Below are positions 1-9,371 of a stretch of DNA of 64,000 nt, one piece after another. Made by a program: the position numbers and the translations under genes. Where the stretch lies: positions 97,450 through 161,449 of the forward strand of contig CBFGIT010000002.1 in assembly GCA_965648905.1 (NCBI GenBank), written 5' to 3'. How positions within the stretch are numbered: the first letter of the stretch is position 1; each line of letters begins with the position of its first letter. This stretch comes from a candidate division WOR-3 bacterium. GTDB taxonomy: Bacteria; Hydrothermota; Tepidihabitantia; Tepidihabitantales; Tepidihabitantaceae. Under the pieces are notes generated by a model. The model was not told where the DNA came from and ran no database searches. It worked only from the letters and a program-made list of their open reading frames with translations.

Positions 1-161
1 AGAACCAGCAGCAGGAGAAACAGCAGCAGGAACAGCAGCAGCCGAGAATGAGTCAGGACCAGGCCGAGCGGGTGGTGCAGGCGGTCGAGGACAAAGAGAA
101 AGAGCAGCAGAAGAAGCAGCAGCAGGCCGGCGGCCGGCGCAGGGTCGAACAGGACTGGTGA
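1..161 (+). CDS. BatC-like protein, C-terminal fragment (5' truncated by the window)
   Basis: Frame 3 reads NQQQEKQQQEQQQPRMSQDQAERVVQAVEDKEKEQQKKQQQAGGRRRVEQDW*. The Q-rich linker and terminal 'VEQDW' resemble BatC-type ends. TGATG overlap with the BatD start. Confidence 0.7.
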   Translation, partial: NQQQEKQQQEQQQPRMSQDQAERVVQAVEDKEKEQQKKQQQAGGRRRVEQDW

Positions 162-1936
162 TGCGAAGGCACGTCCTGGTCGTCCTGTCGGTACCGTTCC
201 TGCTCGTCGCCGCAGAGCTGAGCCTTTCTGCCAGCGTTGACCGCGACCGGGTCGGGCTGGGCGAGCAGGTCCAACTGACGGTCACGGTCAGCGGCACCAA
301 TATCGGCAGCGTGCCCAGGCCCGAGTTGCCATCGCTGCCCGACTTCGACAATCTTGGCAGCACGTCGTCCCAATCCACGAGCATCTCCTTCGTCAACGGC
401 CGGATGACACAGGAGCAGACGACCAGCTTCGTCTTCTTCCTGGCTCCCAAGAAGACCGGTGAACTGACCATCGGGCCGTGCCGGCTTGATTTCAAGGGGA
501 CAACGTATCAGACTGAGCCGATCGGGGTCACGGTAACCAAAGAGAGCCAGATGCCGGCGCCGAACCGTCAGCCATCGGCCCGGCCGTCGCCTCTTGACTG
601 GGACCCGTTTGGCCGCCCCGAGCCCAGGCGCGGTGGCGCACGCGGTGCGATTCACCTCGCGGCGAGTGCGGACCGAACCTCGGTTTTCCAAGGCGAGCCG
701 GTAACCGTCTCGTTCACGTTCTACACCCAGGCGCAGGTGGCGAACCTGAACATGAAGGAGATGCCCGGCTTCACCGGGTTCTGGGTCGAGAAGCTCTTTG
801 ATGCCAAGGAACTCAGCTACCGCCGAACCGCTTACAACGGCCAGCAGTACAACGCGGCAACTCTGAAGCGGGTCGCGCTTTTCCCGACCCAGTCCGGTGA
901 GCTCAGCGTCGGCAAGATGACGGTCACGGGCGAGCGTATCACGAGCGGCGGGTTCTTTTTCGACAGCGCTGAGCCATTTGAGGTCTCGTCCGAGCCGATT
1001 GCGGTGCAGGTCAAACCCCTGCCCGAGCAGGGCCGGCCTGCCGACTTCTCCGGCGGCGTGGGCGACTTCAAACTCTCGGCCGCACTGAGCAGGGACAGCT
1101 CGGTCGGCGGCGAGCCCGTGACGCTAATCATCAAGGTGACCGGCACGGGTAACATCGGGCTGGTTGGCGAGCCGAAACTGGCGCCGATTTCGGGCGTCAA
1201 AGTGCTCGCGCCGGAGTCAAAGCTGAACACCAGCACTCAGGACAGCCGGCTGAGTGGCACGCGGACGTTCAACTATCCGCTGATTCCGACCGCGGACGGC
1301 CGGTACTCGGTGCCGGGTGTTTCGATGAGCTTCTTCAACCCGAAGAGCGGGACCTACTACACGCTCACAACCCCATCGCGTGAGTTCTTCGCAACCGGGG
1401 CGACCGGCAGCGCGGTGCTGAGGGAGACCGAGCGGGGCGTGCGCACTCTGGGATCGGACATCGCGCACATCAAGTCCGTGGCATCGGTCCGCGTGCCGGG
1501 ATTTAGCCGCTGGCACTGGCTGTTCTACCCGCTGGGTATCATTCTGCTCGGGGTCGGCATCGTTGTCGGACAGCATCAGCGTCGGCTCGAACAGGACCGG
1601 GGCTACGCCCGCCGCACCCGCTCCAGCCGCCTGGTCCGTCGCCGCCTGGCCGAGGCCGAATCGTGCATCAGGCAGGGCCGGAGCCGCGAGTATCACGCGG
1701 CCCTGCACCGGGCTGTGCTCGGCTATGTCGGCGACCGCTTCAACATCGAGGCGACCGGCATGACGAGCGACGAAATCAGAGCTGAGCTGGTTCGTCGGGG
1801 CGTGGCCGCGGAAGTAGTGGGCGAGTTGCTGAACCTGGCGGCGGAGTGTGATGCGGCCCGTTTCTCGCCCGGGCTCGTGGATTGTCAGCCGACCGAGACG
1901 CTGGCGCGCGCGCGCCGGATTCTGGAGAGTCTTTGA
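161..1936 (+). CDS. batD: BatD family (aerotolerance operon) protein
   Basis: Signal peptide, 'ASVDRDRVGLGEQVQLTVTV', 'F.GGVGDFKL' and a C-terminal TM helix. Lies between batC-like and batE-like genes. ATG at 161. Confidence 0.85.
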   Translation: MRRHVLVVLSVPFLLVAAELSLSASVDRDRVGLGEQVQLTVTVSGTNIGSVPRPELPSLPDFDNLGSTSSQSTSISFVNGRMTQEQTTSFVFFLAPKKTGELTIGPCRLDFKGTTYQTEPIGVTVTKESQMPAPNRQPSARPSPLDWDPFGRPEPRRGGARGAIHLAASADRTSVFQGEPVTVSFTFYTQAQVANLNMKEMPGFTGFWVEKLFDAKELSYRRTAYNGQQYNAATLKRVALFPTQSGELSVGKMTVTGERITSGGFFFDSAEPFEVSSEPIAVQVKPLPEQGRPADFSGGVGDFKLSAALSRDSSVGGEPVTLIIKVTGTGNIGLVGEPKLAPISGVKVLAPESKLNTSTQDSRLSGTRTFNYPLIPTADGRYSVPGVSMSFFNPKSGTYYTLTTPSREFFATGATGSAVLRETERGVRTLGSDIAHIKSVASVRVPGFSRWHWLFYPLGIILLGVGIVVGQHQRRLEQDRGYARRTRSSRLVRRRLAEAESCIRQGRSREYHAALHRAVLGYVGDRFNIEATGMTSDEIRAELVRRGVAAEVVGELLNLAAECDAARFSPGLVDCQPTETLARARRILESL

Positions 1937-2661
1937 TTCTGATTCTGGTCGTGCTGTCCTTGAACCGGGCCGAGTACTTCGACCAGGGCAACGCAGCGTA
2001 CGAAGCCGGAAAGTACGAGCAGGCAGTAGTGCTCTACGACTCAGCGCTGGCCGCGGGGCCGAGTGCAGGTCTGTACTATAACCGGGGCAATGCCTGGTTC
2101 AAGCAGGGGCAGGTCGGTCGGGCAATCGCCGACTATGCCCGCGCGCATGCCCTTGCGCCCCTGGACCGCGACACCCGGTACAACCTCGCATTCGCCCGCG
2201 CCTATCGTCCGGACAAGACTCTGACCGTTGAGAATCCTCTGGGCCGGGTCCTGACCGAGCTGCTTCGTCCGCTTAACCTGTGGCTTGTGCGGTTTCTCGC
2301 CGGGGTTATTTTCTTCGCGGCCATGGCCGCACTCGCGGTCTACCTCGTCAGTAGCAGGCGGCCTTTGGGCTGGGTCGCTCTTGGTCTGGGTCTTTCGTTC
2401 GTGTATTGCGCTGGCGCCTGGTGGAGCTGGTCCGCAGAGGTGAACGCGAGCCGGACGGTGGTTGTGGTGCCGGAGTTGACGCTGCGGAGCGGTCCGGGCC
2501 CGGAGTACAAAGAGATTGCCGTGGTTCACGACGGACTCGAAGGAACGGTCCGCGAACGCCGGCCTGGATACGTGCTCCTGCAATTCCCGGGCGGGCTCGG
2601 CGGCTGGGCCGACACGTCGTCGGTGGAGATTATCCACGGTAGGCCGGTCAGGAGCCGCTGA
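1933..2661 (+). CDS. batE: BatE-like TPR + SH3 domain protein
   Basis: TPRs (FDQGNAAYEAGKY, YYNRGNAWFKQG), two TM helices and SH3b-like 'LRSGPG...VHDG...GW'. TTG start overlaps the batD stop. Confidence 0.8.
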   Translation: MILILVVLSLNRAEYFDQGNAAYEAGKYEQAVVLYDSALAAGPSAGLYYNRGNAWFKQGQVGRAIADYARAHALAPLDRDTRYNLAFARAYRPDKTLTVENPLGRVLTELLRPLNLWLVRFLAGVIFFAAMAALAVYLVSSRRPLGWVALGLGLSFVYCAGAWWSWSAEVNASRTVVVVPELTLRSGPGPEYKEIAVVHDGLEGTVRERRPGYVLLQFPGGLGGWADTSSVEIIHGRPVRSR

Positions 2662-2677
2662 CCGCCCAACTTCCGAA

Positions 2678-3631
2678 TCAGCGGCGGGCAGGCAGGTTGA
2701 TGAAGACGTCGGTGCCGGTACGGCCGAGCTCATGGCGCAGTTCAGGTTCGGCGCCGAGCTCGTCCTTGATGAGTCCCACGATTTCCTCAAGCATGTCGTC
2801 CGGCAGCGCGCCGTACTTGATGTTCAACTCCTCGTTGGGATCCGGCTGAACGTCGTTGGCATCGCTCGTATAGCCTAGTTCGGCAAGCTGCGCCAGCAGC
2901 CTGCGGCCGACCTGGGCTTCGGCGCAGAAGACCGTAATGGCGAAGTCGGCCCGGCTGAGTCCGGAACGGACCGACCCGAAGGGCAGGTTGACGAACAGGT
3001 CTTTGTCGTCGCGGGCAAAGACGTGCTGGCGTTCCAGTTCGACACCGAACATCGAGTCGGCAAGCGCCGCCACCTCCTCGACGATGTCGTCTGGTGCTGC
3101 ACCCCACTTCATATTGAAGTCATCGTTGGGTTCGTCGGTGACGTAGTTCTCGTCGTTAATGTAACCTAGGGCGCGAAGCCGGGCAAGAAACTGCTCGCCC
3201 TTTACCCGGTCGTCGGTGAATACCACGATGCGCAGGTCTTCACGGTCTGGCGGCCGCTCGGTGCGAACCTGCTCGCCTCCCAGATAGATGAAGACCGAGT
3301 AGTCGTCGTCTCGAAACGTATGCTCCCGGTCAAGTTCAACATCGAACCGACCCTCGACATAGGCCGCGATTTCCTCGACGTAGCTAAGTGGCGCCGCACC
3401 CCAGCAGATCGCCGCATCCTTCTCTTCGAGTACTGCGACCTGGTTGTGCGGGTTGTCGTAACCCCGGTCATCGAGCCAGTCGAGCAGTTCATGACCTTGG
3501 TCGCGGTCGTTGGTGAAGACGACGATACGCAAGTCAGAACGCGGCACCGCGGAGACGACAACATACCTGGTCACGCAGTTGGTCAGCCCCAAGAGAGCAA
3601 ACGTTATCAGCACGGTCAGGAGTCGCCTCAC
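2678..3631 (-). CDS. Putative lipoprotein with three tandem ~90-aa repeats (LytR_C-like topology)
   Basis: GTG at 3631 after a GGAGG SD. Lipobox-like LGLTNC. Three repeats of D(L/F)xIxVF...GY...(W/Y)GA.P...VF(I/V)xL. Confidence 0.7.
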   Translation of the reverse strand: MRRLLTVLITFALLGLTNCVTRYVVVSAVPRSDLRIVVFTNDRDQGHELLDWLDDRGYDNPHNQVAVLEEKDAAICWGAAPLSYVEEIAAYVEGRFDVELDREHTFRDDDYSVFIYLGGEQVRTERPPDREDLRIVVFTDDRVKGEQFLARLRALGYINDENYVTDEPNDDFNMKWGAAPDDIVEEVAALADSMFGVELERQHVFARDDKDLFVNLPFGSVRSGLSRADFAITVFCAEAQVGRRLLAQLAELGYTSDANDVQPDPNEELNIKYGALPDDMLEEIVGLIKDELGAEPELRHELGRTGTDVFINLPARR

Positions 3632-3632
3632 C

Positions 3633-4406
3633 TCAAACCTCCGATTTGCGTCTCGCGTCGGCCGCAAGGATGAGCTGTTCGGGAAGCCCTTTGAGATTGG
3701 GGACTTCCCAGTGTTCGCGGACGTCGCCGATTTCTTCAAGCGCAGTCACGTGGAATCCGGCCTGGGTGAGGTAGTAGAAGTGGTCGGCAATGGTCCACTG
3801 GTAGTCGTACCGTTCGAGACCGGCTGAGCCGGTCCCTGGGTCGGACTGAGAGCCTTCTTCGCGTTCCCGACACCGTTCAAAGTAGGAGTAGCGCACCCGC
3901 GGATGGCCAGGTTCCTGCTTCCAGATGCGTCGGACCGGATGGTACTCGGTCACGACCAGTCGACCGGCCGGGCCAAGGATGCGGTAGAGTTCGGCGTAGA
4001 GCCGGCCGAGGTCAGGGACCTGAGGCGCAATGTGGGCGGCAAGGGCGAGATGGAAGGAATTGTCGGGCAGGGCGGTTAGGGAGCAGAACTCGGACTGGAC
4101 ATAGGCCAGTTCAACGCCGACCAGTTGGGTCTTGACCATGAGCATGTCGAGATAGGACTGGGCCGGGTCAATAACCGTAACTCGTGCTCCGAGCGCGGCC
4201 AGGGCCAGGGCCGGAGTGCCGTCGCCGATGCCGAGAAGGCAGGTTCTCTTGCCGGCAATCACGCCGAGGAGTTCGAGTTCGACGCTTGAGAAGGCAAGGG
4301 CTGGCATGGTTGTAACCTGGCGCCAGAGTTCTTTGTCGTCCGGGTTGCGCTGCCAGGTCTGGGCAACCGGGACCCATTCGCGGCGGGGTCTTGTCGGCTG
4401 GTTCAC
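3633..4406 (-). CDS. Class I SAM-dependent methyltransferase
   Basis: Motif I-like 'LLGIGDG', 'VTVID', 'LPDNSF', 'ELYRILGPAGRLVVTEYHP'. GTGA coupling to the upstream gene. Confidence 0.75.
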   Translation of the reverse strand: MNQPTRPRREWVPVAQTWQRNPDDKELWRQVTTMPALAFSSVELELLGVIAGKRTCLLGIGDGTPALALAALGARVTVIDPAQSYLDMLMVKTQLVGVELAYVQSEFCSLTALPDNSFHLALAAHIAPQVPDLGRLYAELYRILGPAGRLVVTEYHPVRRIWKQEPGHPRVRYSYFERCREREEGSQSDPGTGSAGLERYDYQWTIADHFYYLTQAGFHVTALEEIGDVREHWEVPNLKGLPEQLILAADARRKSEV

Positions 4407-5038
4407 TGTCTGGGGCCGATGTGGTAGTCGCGGAGTAGGGTTACGCTGGCGCCGGTCTCGGCCCGGACCACACCGACGCCCGGCGCAAGCCATTCGGTGC
4501 GGGTTTCGACAAGACTGGTGTCGGCCTGGAGGATGCGTCGGGAGTCAACCCGGTAGCACTGGCAGAACTCGCCGGCCGGCGTGGCGATATCTTCGGCCCC
4601 AACAACCCGGGCCCAGACACTGTCGAAGACCGGAACCGTGTCGGTGCCGAGGAGGATAACCGTGTCGCGGAACGACTCGGCCCAGGACCTGCCGACGACC
4701 AAGGGCAGGGCGTAGACAAGCCGGTACTGTTCTTCGAGCACGTATTCGCGACCGCTGCGGATGACGGTGCGGCGGACAAGTTGCCGGACTTCGGTCGCGG
4801 TCTTGAGCCAGAACTCGGGCGCAAAGTCCCGGAAGACGACCGTCGCCCGTCGCCCGGCGACCGTGCTGTCCGGGCCGACCGAGTCAACCCGGGCCGGCTC
4901 ATAAGTCCACGAGGAACCGGACACGAGCGGGAAGTAGTCCTGGCCTGCCCGGTACATTAGCATGTCTCCGCAGCCGGATAGACCAGCCAGAGCCGGAATC
5001 AGAAGCAGAGCCGTGAGCCGGAGGCGGTTAGAAGACAT
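4403..5038 (-). CDS. Hypothetical lipoprotein (beta-rich)
   Basis: Lipobox LSGC; 'YFPL..GSSWTY', 'TPAGEF..C' and 'EWLAPGVGVV' motifs of a common uncharacterised family. Confidence 0.7.
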   Translation of the reverse strand: MSSNRLRLTALLLIPALAGLSGCGDMLMYRAGQDYFPLVSGSSWTYEPARVDSVGPDSTVAGRRATVVFRDFAPEFWLKTATEVRQLVRRTVIRSGREYVLEEQYRLVYALPLVVGRSWAESFRDTVILLGTDTVPVFDSVWARVVGAEDIATPAGEFCQCYRVDSRRILQADTSLVETRTEWLAPGVGVVRAETGASVTLLRDYHIGPRQ

Positions 5039-5543
5039 AAGCTACCCCGGCATGGATTTGAGGCAGGGAGGCGAAGGCCAATCGCGTTGTCGCCCCGGCT
5101 GTGCGGCGTTCGATGAAGAGCGCCTGCTCGAACCCAAGGTTGAGCCGGGTGGAACCTTGATGCTGAACCAGGTCCAGCCCGAGATGAGCAGTTGGCGCGC
5201 GGCCTGATTCCCGGGCACTGCCCAGGCTGCGGCTGACCAGTGAGAGGCCGGCTCCGGCTGCGGCTTCAACACCCCAGCCCGGCCGGTGCAGCAGTTCGAA
5301 CCCGTACCGACCGCCCAGGTCATGCAGGACCAGGCGATAGGGCGATGCTTCGCGCCCGGTCAACTCGGCAAAGCCGTAGTCGAGCTCGAACCGACTGCGG
5401 CCGAACGTGTAACCGAGCGACACACCAAGACCGGGGCCGGCGCGGTGCTGGACCTCGAGCCCGGCAGAAGGAAAGACCGTGCCGATGCGGCCGCCGATAT
5501 CGAGCCCGGCCAGGATTAGCGACATGAGCAGAAGCGAACTCAT
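5028..5543 (-). CDS. Small outer-membrane beta-barrel-like protein
   Basis: Signal peptide, alternating amphipathic strands, C-terminal 'GVAYVF'. Confidence 0.65.
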   Translation of the reverse strand: MSSLLLMSLILAGLDIGGRIGTVFPSAGLEVQHRAGPGLGVSLGYTFGRSRFELDYGFAELTGREASPYRLVLHDLGGRYGFELLHRPGWGVEAAAGAGLSLVSRSLGSARESGRAPTAHLGLDLVQHQGSTRLNLGFEQALFIERRTAGATTRLAFASLPQIHAGVAYVF

Positions 5544-5550
5544 CACCAAA

Positions 5551-5578
5551 ACTGTAGAACATCCGGCCCGATTGTCAA
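5551..5578 (-). promoter_or_regulatory. sigma70-type promoter, apparently leaderless
   Basis: Minus strand TTGACA-N16-TACAGT, 7 nt upstream of ATG 5543; no SD. Confidence 0.6.
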
Positions 5579-5683
5579 GGTCGTCCGTCGCTCCAACTCC
5601 GAGACCGCAACTCGCTTGCCAACTTCAAGACCGCAACTTTCCGGCGCGCTGCGGTCTGCTCGCCAAGCAAGCGCAGCCGGACT

Positions 5684-6135
5684 TTCCGCCGTCGCTTCGA
5701 GGCATTGGCACCAGGAGCGCTGGTTCAAGGCGACTCGACACCATACCCGTGTACTCCCGGTGACAGCACGTACTACCAGTTCATCGCTTTACTCGATGAC
5801 CGCACCCGGGTCTGTCTCGGCGCGGCGATTGTCGAGTACGACAAGGTAAGATCGAGCGGTTTCTCGGGACCGTCCAGGTCCAGCTTCCGATCTGGTTCCG
5901 ACGCTACGGGGTAGCAGACCCTGCCAGCGTTGCGCCCGTGCTCGGGCGGTATCTCGGGTACTACAACGGGGTGCGGGTACACCGGGAGCTCGGCTGCCCG
6001 CCCTTGGCAAGACTGAAGCTGCTGGCCGGGCAGAGCCGGTTCACCAGACCGGGCTCTGACATCGACCTCAATCGGGTCTTTGCGCACCGCTACTGGCGCA
6101 GGGTGGACCATGTCAACACGGTCCGGCATGACTGC
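5684..6135 (+). pseudogene. IS481/ISNCY-like DDE transposase remnant with internal deletion and frameshift
   Basis: One frame reads FRRRFEALAPGALVQGDSTP...FIALLDDRTR. From 5842 another frame reads QGKIERFLGTVQ...YYNGVRVHRELGCPP...DLNRVFAHRYWRRVDHVNTV. The segment carrying the second catalytic Asp is missing. Confidence 0.75.
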
Positions 6136-6201
6136 CAGTTTGGCCAACGGCCGAGGGCGTGGGCGGGTTTGGGAACAGCGGAGGACTCCCGCACGCCAAA
6201 C

Positions 6202-6230
6202 TTGACCAAGAGCGCTTTCGACGGTACACT
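6202..6230 (+). promoter_or_regulatory. sigma70-type promoter, apparently leaderless
   Basis: TTGACC-N17-TACACT, 8 nt before GTG 6239. Confidence 0.65.
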
Positions 6231-6238
6231 TCCAGTCT

Positions 6239-7102
6239 GTGGAACGCCTCCAGGTTCTGGTTGCCCTGAAGCGTCGCAACAGGTTTCTGAACCTGTCGGT
6301 TCCAGTTTCCTCAGTTCTCCTCGCCGGTATCGCGCTTGCCGGCCTTTTTGTTGGCGGGGGCATGCTGGGCTGGCTGGTGGTCGGCCGGCTGACTGGCTCG
6401 GATGAACTCGGCCGGCTGGCACGCGAGAACGCATCGCTGCGTGCCCGGCTTGATTACTACGCCGCGGCCGTCGATACGTTCCAGCAGTTCATTGCTGAGA
6501 CCGAGCAGATGGACAACCGGTTCCGGGCGGCAATGGACCTGAGCCTGATACCTTCCGACATCAGACTTCTCGGCATCGGTGGCAAGCAGCCGCCTGCGCC
6601 CGAACCCAGGGTTGATAACCTGCTGCGCCGCATCAGGTTCGAGCAGCAGTCGCTCGCTGAAATTGCGTCCGCGGTCAGAAAACAGGAGGCGCGGCTCACG
6701 AACACCCCGTCAATCTGGCCGGTTCTGGGCTGGGTCACCTCCGGCTTCGGCTTTCGCTGCGACCCGTTCACCGGCCGCCGCACGATGCACGAAGGCATCG
6801 ACATCGTCGCACCGGCCGGCGCCAGGATTGTCGCATCGGCAGACGGCAGGGTGGTCTATGCCGGCTGGAAGAGCGGCTGGGGCCGGGTGGTCGAGATTGA
6901 CCATGGTTTCGGCATCAGAACCTTCTACGGCCACTGCCGTTCACTCAAAGTCAACGTCGGCGACCGGGTGACGCGCGGCCAGATGATTGCTACGGTCGGC
7001 TCATCCGGCCGGGCCACGGGCGTGCACCTGCACTACGGCGTGATGGCGAACGGCTGCTGGGTCAATCCCCGCAACTACATCGTCAGCCCGGCCGGCAGCT
7101 AA
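6239..7102 (+). CDS. M23 family metallopeptidase
   Basis: N-terminal TM helix and coiled coil; 'HEGIDI' (HxxxD), 'YGHC', 'TGVHLHY' (HxH). Confidence 0.9.
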   Translation: MERLQVLVALKRRNRFLNLSVPVSSVLLAGIALAGLFVGGGMLGWLVVGRLTGSDELGRLARENASLRARLDYYAAAVDTFQQFIAETEQMDNRFRAAMDLSLIPSDIRLLGIGGKQPPAPEPRVDNLLRRIRFEQQSLAEIASAVRKQEARLTNTPSIWPVLGWVTSGFGFRCDPFTGRRTMHEGIDIVAPAGARIVASADGRVVYAGWKSGWGRVVEIDHGFGIRTFYGHCRSLKVNVGDRVTRGQMIATVGSSGRATGVHLHYGVMANGCWVNPRNYIVSPAGS

Positions 7103-7148
7103 GAATCGGTCCGGGTCCGGTTCTCCTTCTGCATTCTGTATACGGGTA

Positions 7149-8207
7149 CTAGCGCCGACCGATATGCCGAAGCGCGAGGATGCCGCCGGTGATGGCGCCG
7201 CCGTAGAAGCTGAACAACCGCCACAGGACAACGTATACCCCGAGCATGTATCTGGGGCAAATCATCGAGTACAGACCCGCGGCGCCGGCTTCAGCCACAC
7301 CGCTCGCGCCCGGTGTCGGCACGAAGAGCAGCACCGAGGTCAGAAGCAGATTGAGTCCGACGGCGCGCAGGGCATCGGGGTGCACGCCCAGGCCGGCGAG
7401 GAGGGTGGCGCTCATGCTGAACAGGGAAAGGATGCAGAGCACGGTCAGCCCGATCGCCAAGAGCAGGTGCTTCAGGTTGCGGCCATGCAGGAACAGGCTC
7501 AACCCGCGCGTGAACTCCTCAAACTCGGCCAGCCCCCACAAGGCACACCGCCGCAGAAAACCGGGCCGGGGTCGTTCAGCGATACGGCGGCGCAGAGCCT
7601 TTAGGCTGGCCGGGAAGACGAAGCTCGCCAGAATCAGGGCACAGCCGCCGGCGATGATGATCGAGATGTAGCCGGTGAGTACCTTAAGCAGGACGTTTGA
7701 GACCCCGAGCCGCAGGGCAACGAACGGCGCCGCGGCAAAGAGCAGCGCGTAGAAGAGCACCCCGCGCATCAGGAGCACGGCCGATGCCTTGCCCGGACTG
7801 ATGCCCCATCGGTTCATGATGAAGAGCTGGAGCGGCAGTCCGCCGACCTGAAACGGCGTAATCGCGGCCATGAAGTAGCCGACAAAGATGACCTCGATCG
7901 AAGGCAGCACCGCCATCCGATGCTCGCTGGCGCGGGAGAGGACCGCGAGGCGCGCGCCGTCGAGTCCGGCCGCACTGAACCAGAGCGCAACCGTCGCCAG
8001 CAGCCAGTACCACTTGATGCGGGCCAGCCCGGCCAGGGTCTCGCGGCTGGCGGTCAGGGCGATGACGATGACCGCGGCGGCGATGCCCAGGAAGACAAAA
8101 ACTCGCACGCCGCGCGCGATGGCGCGGCGCGTGAGGCTGGGCCCGGCCGGCTCAGGGCCGCCTAAGAGCGGAACGTCGGGCCCTGAGGCCTCGGGTGGTT
8201 CGGTCAC
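7149..8207 (-). CDS. Lysylphosphatidylglycerol synthase TM-region / flippase-like membrane protein
   Basis: Multi-TM; 'ITPFQVGG', 'PTPGASGVAE', 'LWRLFSFY'. Confidence 0.8.
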   Translation of the reverse strand: MTEPPEASGPDVPLLGGPEPAGPSLTRRAIARGVRVFVFLGIAAAVIVIALTASRETLAGLARIKWYWLLATVALWFSAAGLDGARLAVLSRASEHRMAVLPSIEVIFVGYFMAAITPFQVGGLPLQLFIMNRWGISPGKASAVLLMRGVLFYALLFAAAPFVALRLGVSNVLLKVLTGYISIIIAGGCALILASFVFPASLKALRRRIAERPRPGFLRRCALWGLAEFEEFTRGLSLFLHGRNLKHLLLAIGLTVLCILSLFSMSATLLAGLGVHPDALRAVGLNLLLTSVLLFVPTPGASGVAEAGAAGLYSMICPRYMLGVYVVLWRLFSFYGGAITGGILALRHIGRR

Positions 8208-8219
8208 TTGCCTTGTCGG

Positions 8220-9362
8220 TTAGCCGAGCAGGGTGCGGGCGATAACGATGCGCTGGACTTCGGACGTGCCTTCGTAGATCTCCATGCACTTGGCATCGCG
8301 GTAGTACCGCTCGACCGGGTAGTCCTTGGTGTAGCCGTAGCCGCCGTAGATCTGCACCGCTTCGCGCGTGACAAAGGTCGCGGTCTCGGCCGCAAAGAGT
8401 TTGCACATCGCCGACTCCTGGTTGAACCGGGTCTTGCCCGAGTCCTTCTGGTGCGCGGCATAGTAGACGAGCATCCGCGCAGCCAGGGTGCGCGTCGCCA
8501 TGTCAGCCAGCTTGGCCTGAATCATCTCGAACTCGCAGATTGGCCGGCCGAACTGCTTCCGCTCCTTGGAGTAGGCAATCGCTTTGTCGAGCGCGGCCTG
8601 GGCAATGCCGACCGCTTGGGCCCCGATGTCGATGCGCGACACGTCGAGCGTGCCGAGCGCGACCTTGAAACCTTCGCCGACCTTGCCGAGCACGTTCCCG
8701 ACCGGGACTTCACAGTCGTCGAACATCAGCTCGCAATTGGCCGTCGCACGCAGGCCGAGCAGGTTTTCGTGCTTGCCGAGCGAGAAGCCCTTGAACCCGC
8801 GTTCAACGATGAAGCCGGTTACGCCCTTGGCGCCGGCGGCCGGGTCGGTCTTGGCAAAGACGATGAAAACCTGAGCCACGCCGCCGTTGGTGATGAAGCG
8901 CTTGGAGCCGTTCAGGACGTACTTGTCGCCCTTGAGCACCGCGGTCGTTTCCATCGCCGCAGGGTCAGACCCGGCGTTGGGCTCGGTCAGCCCGAAAGCA
9001 CCGAGCAGTTCACCGGTCGCCATCCGCGGCAAATACTTCTGCTTCTGTTCTTCGGTGCCCCAGTTGACAATCGGCCATGCCGCGAGCGAATTGTGTACCG
9101 CGGTGATGACGCCGGTCGAGCCGCAGGCACGGGAAATCTCCTCGATCGCAATGGCAAGCGAGAGGAAGTCGAACCCGGCACCGTGGTACTGCTCCGGGAT
9201 GGTCATCGAGAGCAGGCCCAGCTCGGCCATCTGCTTGATCGCCTCGTGCGGGAACTCGCCCTTCTCGTCAACCTCGGCCGCCCTGGGTTCGAGTTCCTTG
9301 GTGGCGAACTCACGGGCCATGTTCCGCACCATTATCTGGTCATTTGAGTAGCTCAGGTCCAT
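8220..9362 (-). CDS. Acyl-CoA dehydrogenase (butyryl-CoA dehydrogenase-like)
   Basis: 'AFGLTEPNAGSD', 'NGSKRFITNG', 'QIYGGYGY', 'RDAKCMEIYEGTSEVQR'. Confidence 0.93.
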   Translation of the reverse strand: MDLSYSNDQIMVRNMAREFATKELEPRAAEVDEKGEFPHEAIKQMAELGLLSMTIPEQYHGAGFDFLSLAIAIEEISRACGSTGVITAVHNSLAAWPIVNWGTEEQKQKYLPRMATGELLGAFGLTEPNAGSDPAAMETTAVLKGDKYVLNGSKRFITNGGVAQVFIVFAKTDPAAGAKGVTGFIVERGFKGFSLGKHENLLGLRATANCELMFDDCEVPVGNVLGKVGEGFKVALGTLDVSRIDIGAQAVGIAQAALDKAIAYSKERKQFGRPICEFEMIQAKLADMATRTLAARMLVYYAAHQKDSGKTRFNQESAMCKLFAAETATFVTREAVQIYGGYGYTKDYPVERYYRDAKCMEIYEGTSEVQRIVIARTLLG

Positions 9363-9371
9363 ACTGTCCTC

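Noticed and set aside
1..125. CAG-rich repeat as a contingency locus
   Set aside because: Explained by the Gln-rich linker of the BatC-like protein; the repeats are interrupted and in frame.
7107..7138. Heptamer tract (ccttctg cattctg) between convergent genes
   Set aside because: Only two or three units, too short to separate from chance, although it resembles the 10518 tract.
8208..9347. Long antisense ORFs (also 19516-20784, 22564-23586, 28093-29046, 31904-33034, 49532-50848, 55683-56963)
   Set aside because: These are shadows of well-supported genes on the opposite strand, expected in high-GC DNA, and show no motifs.
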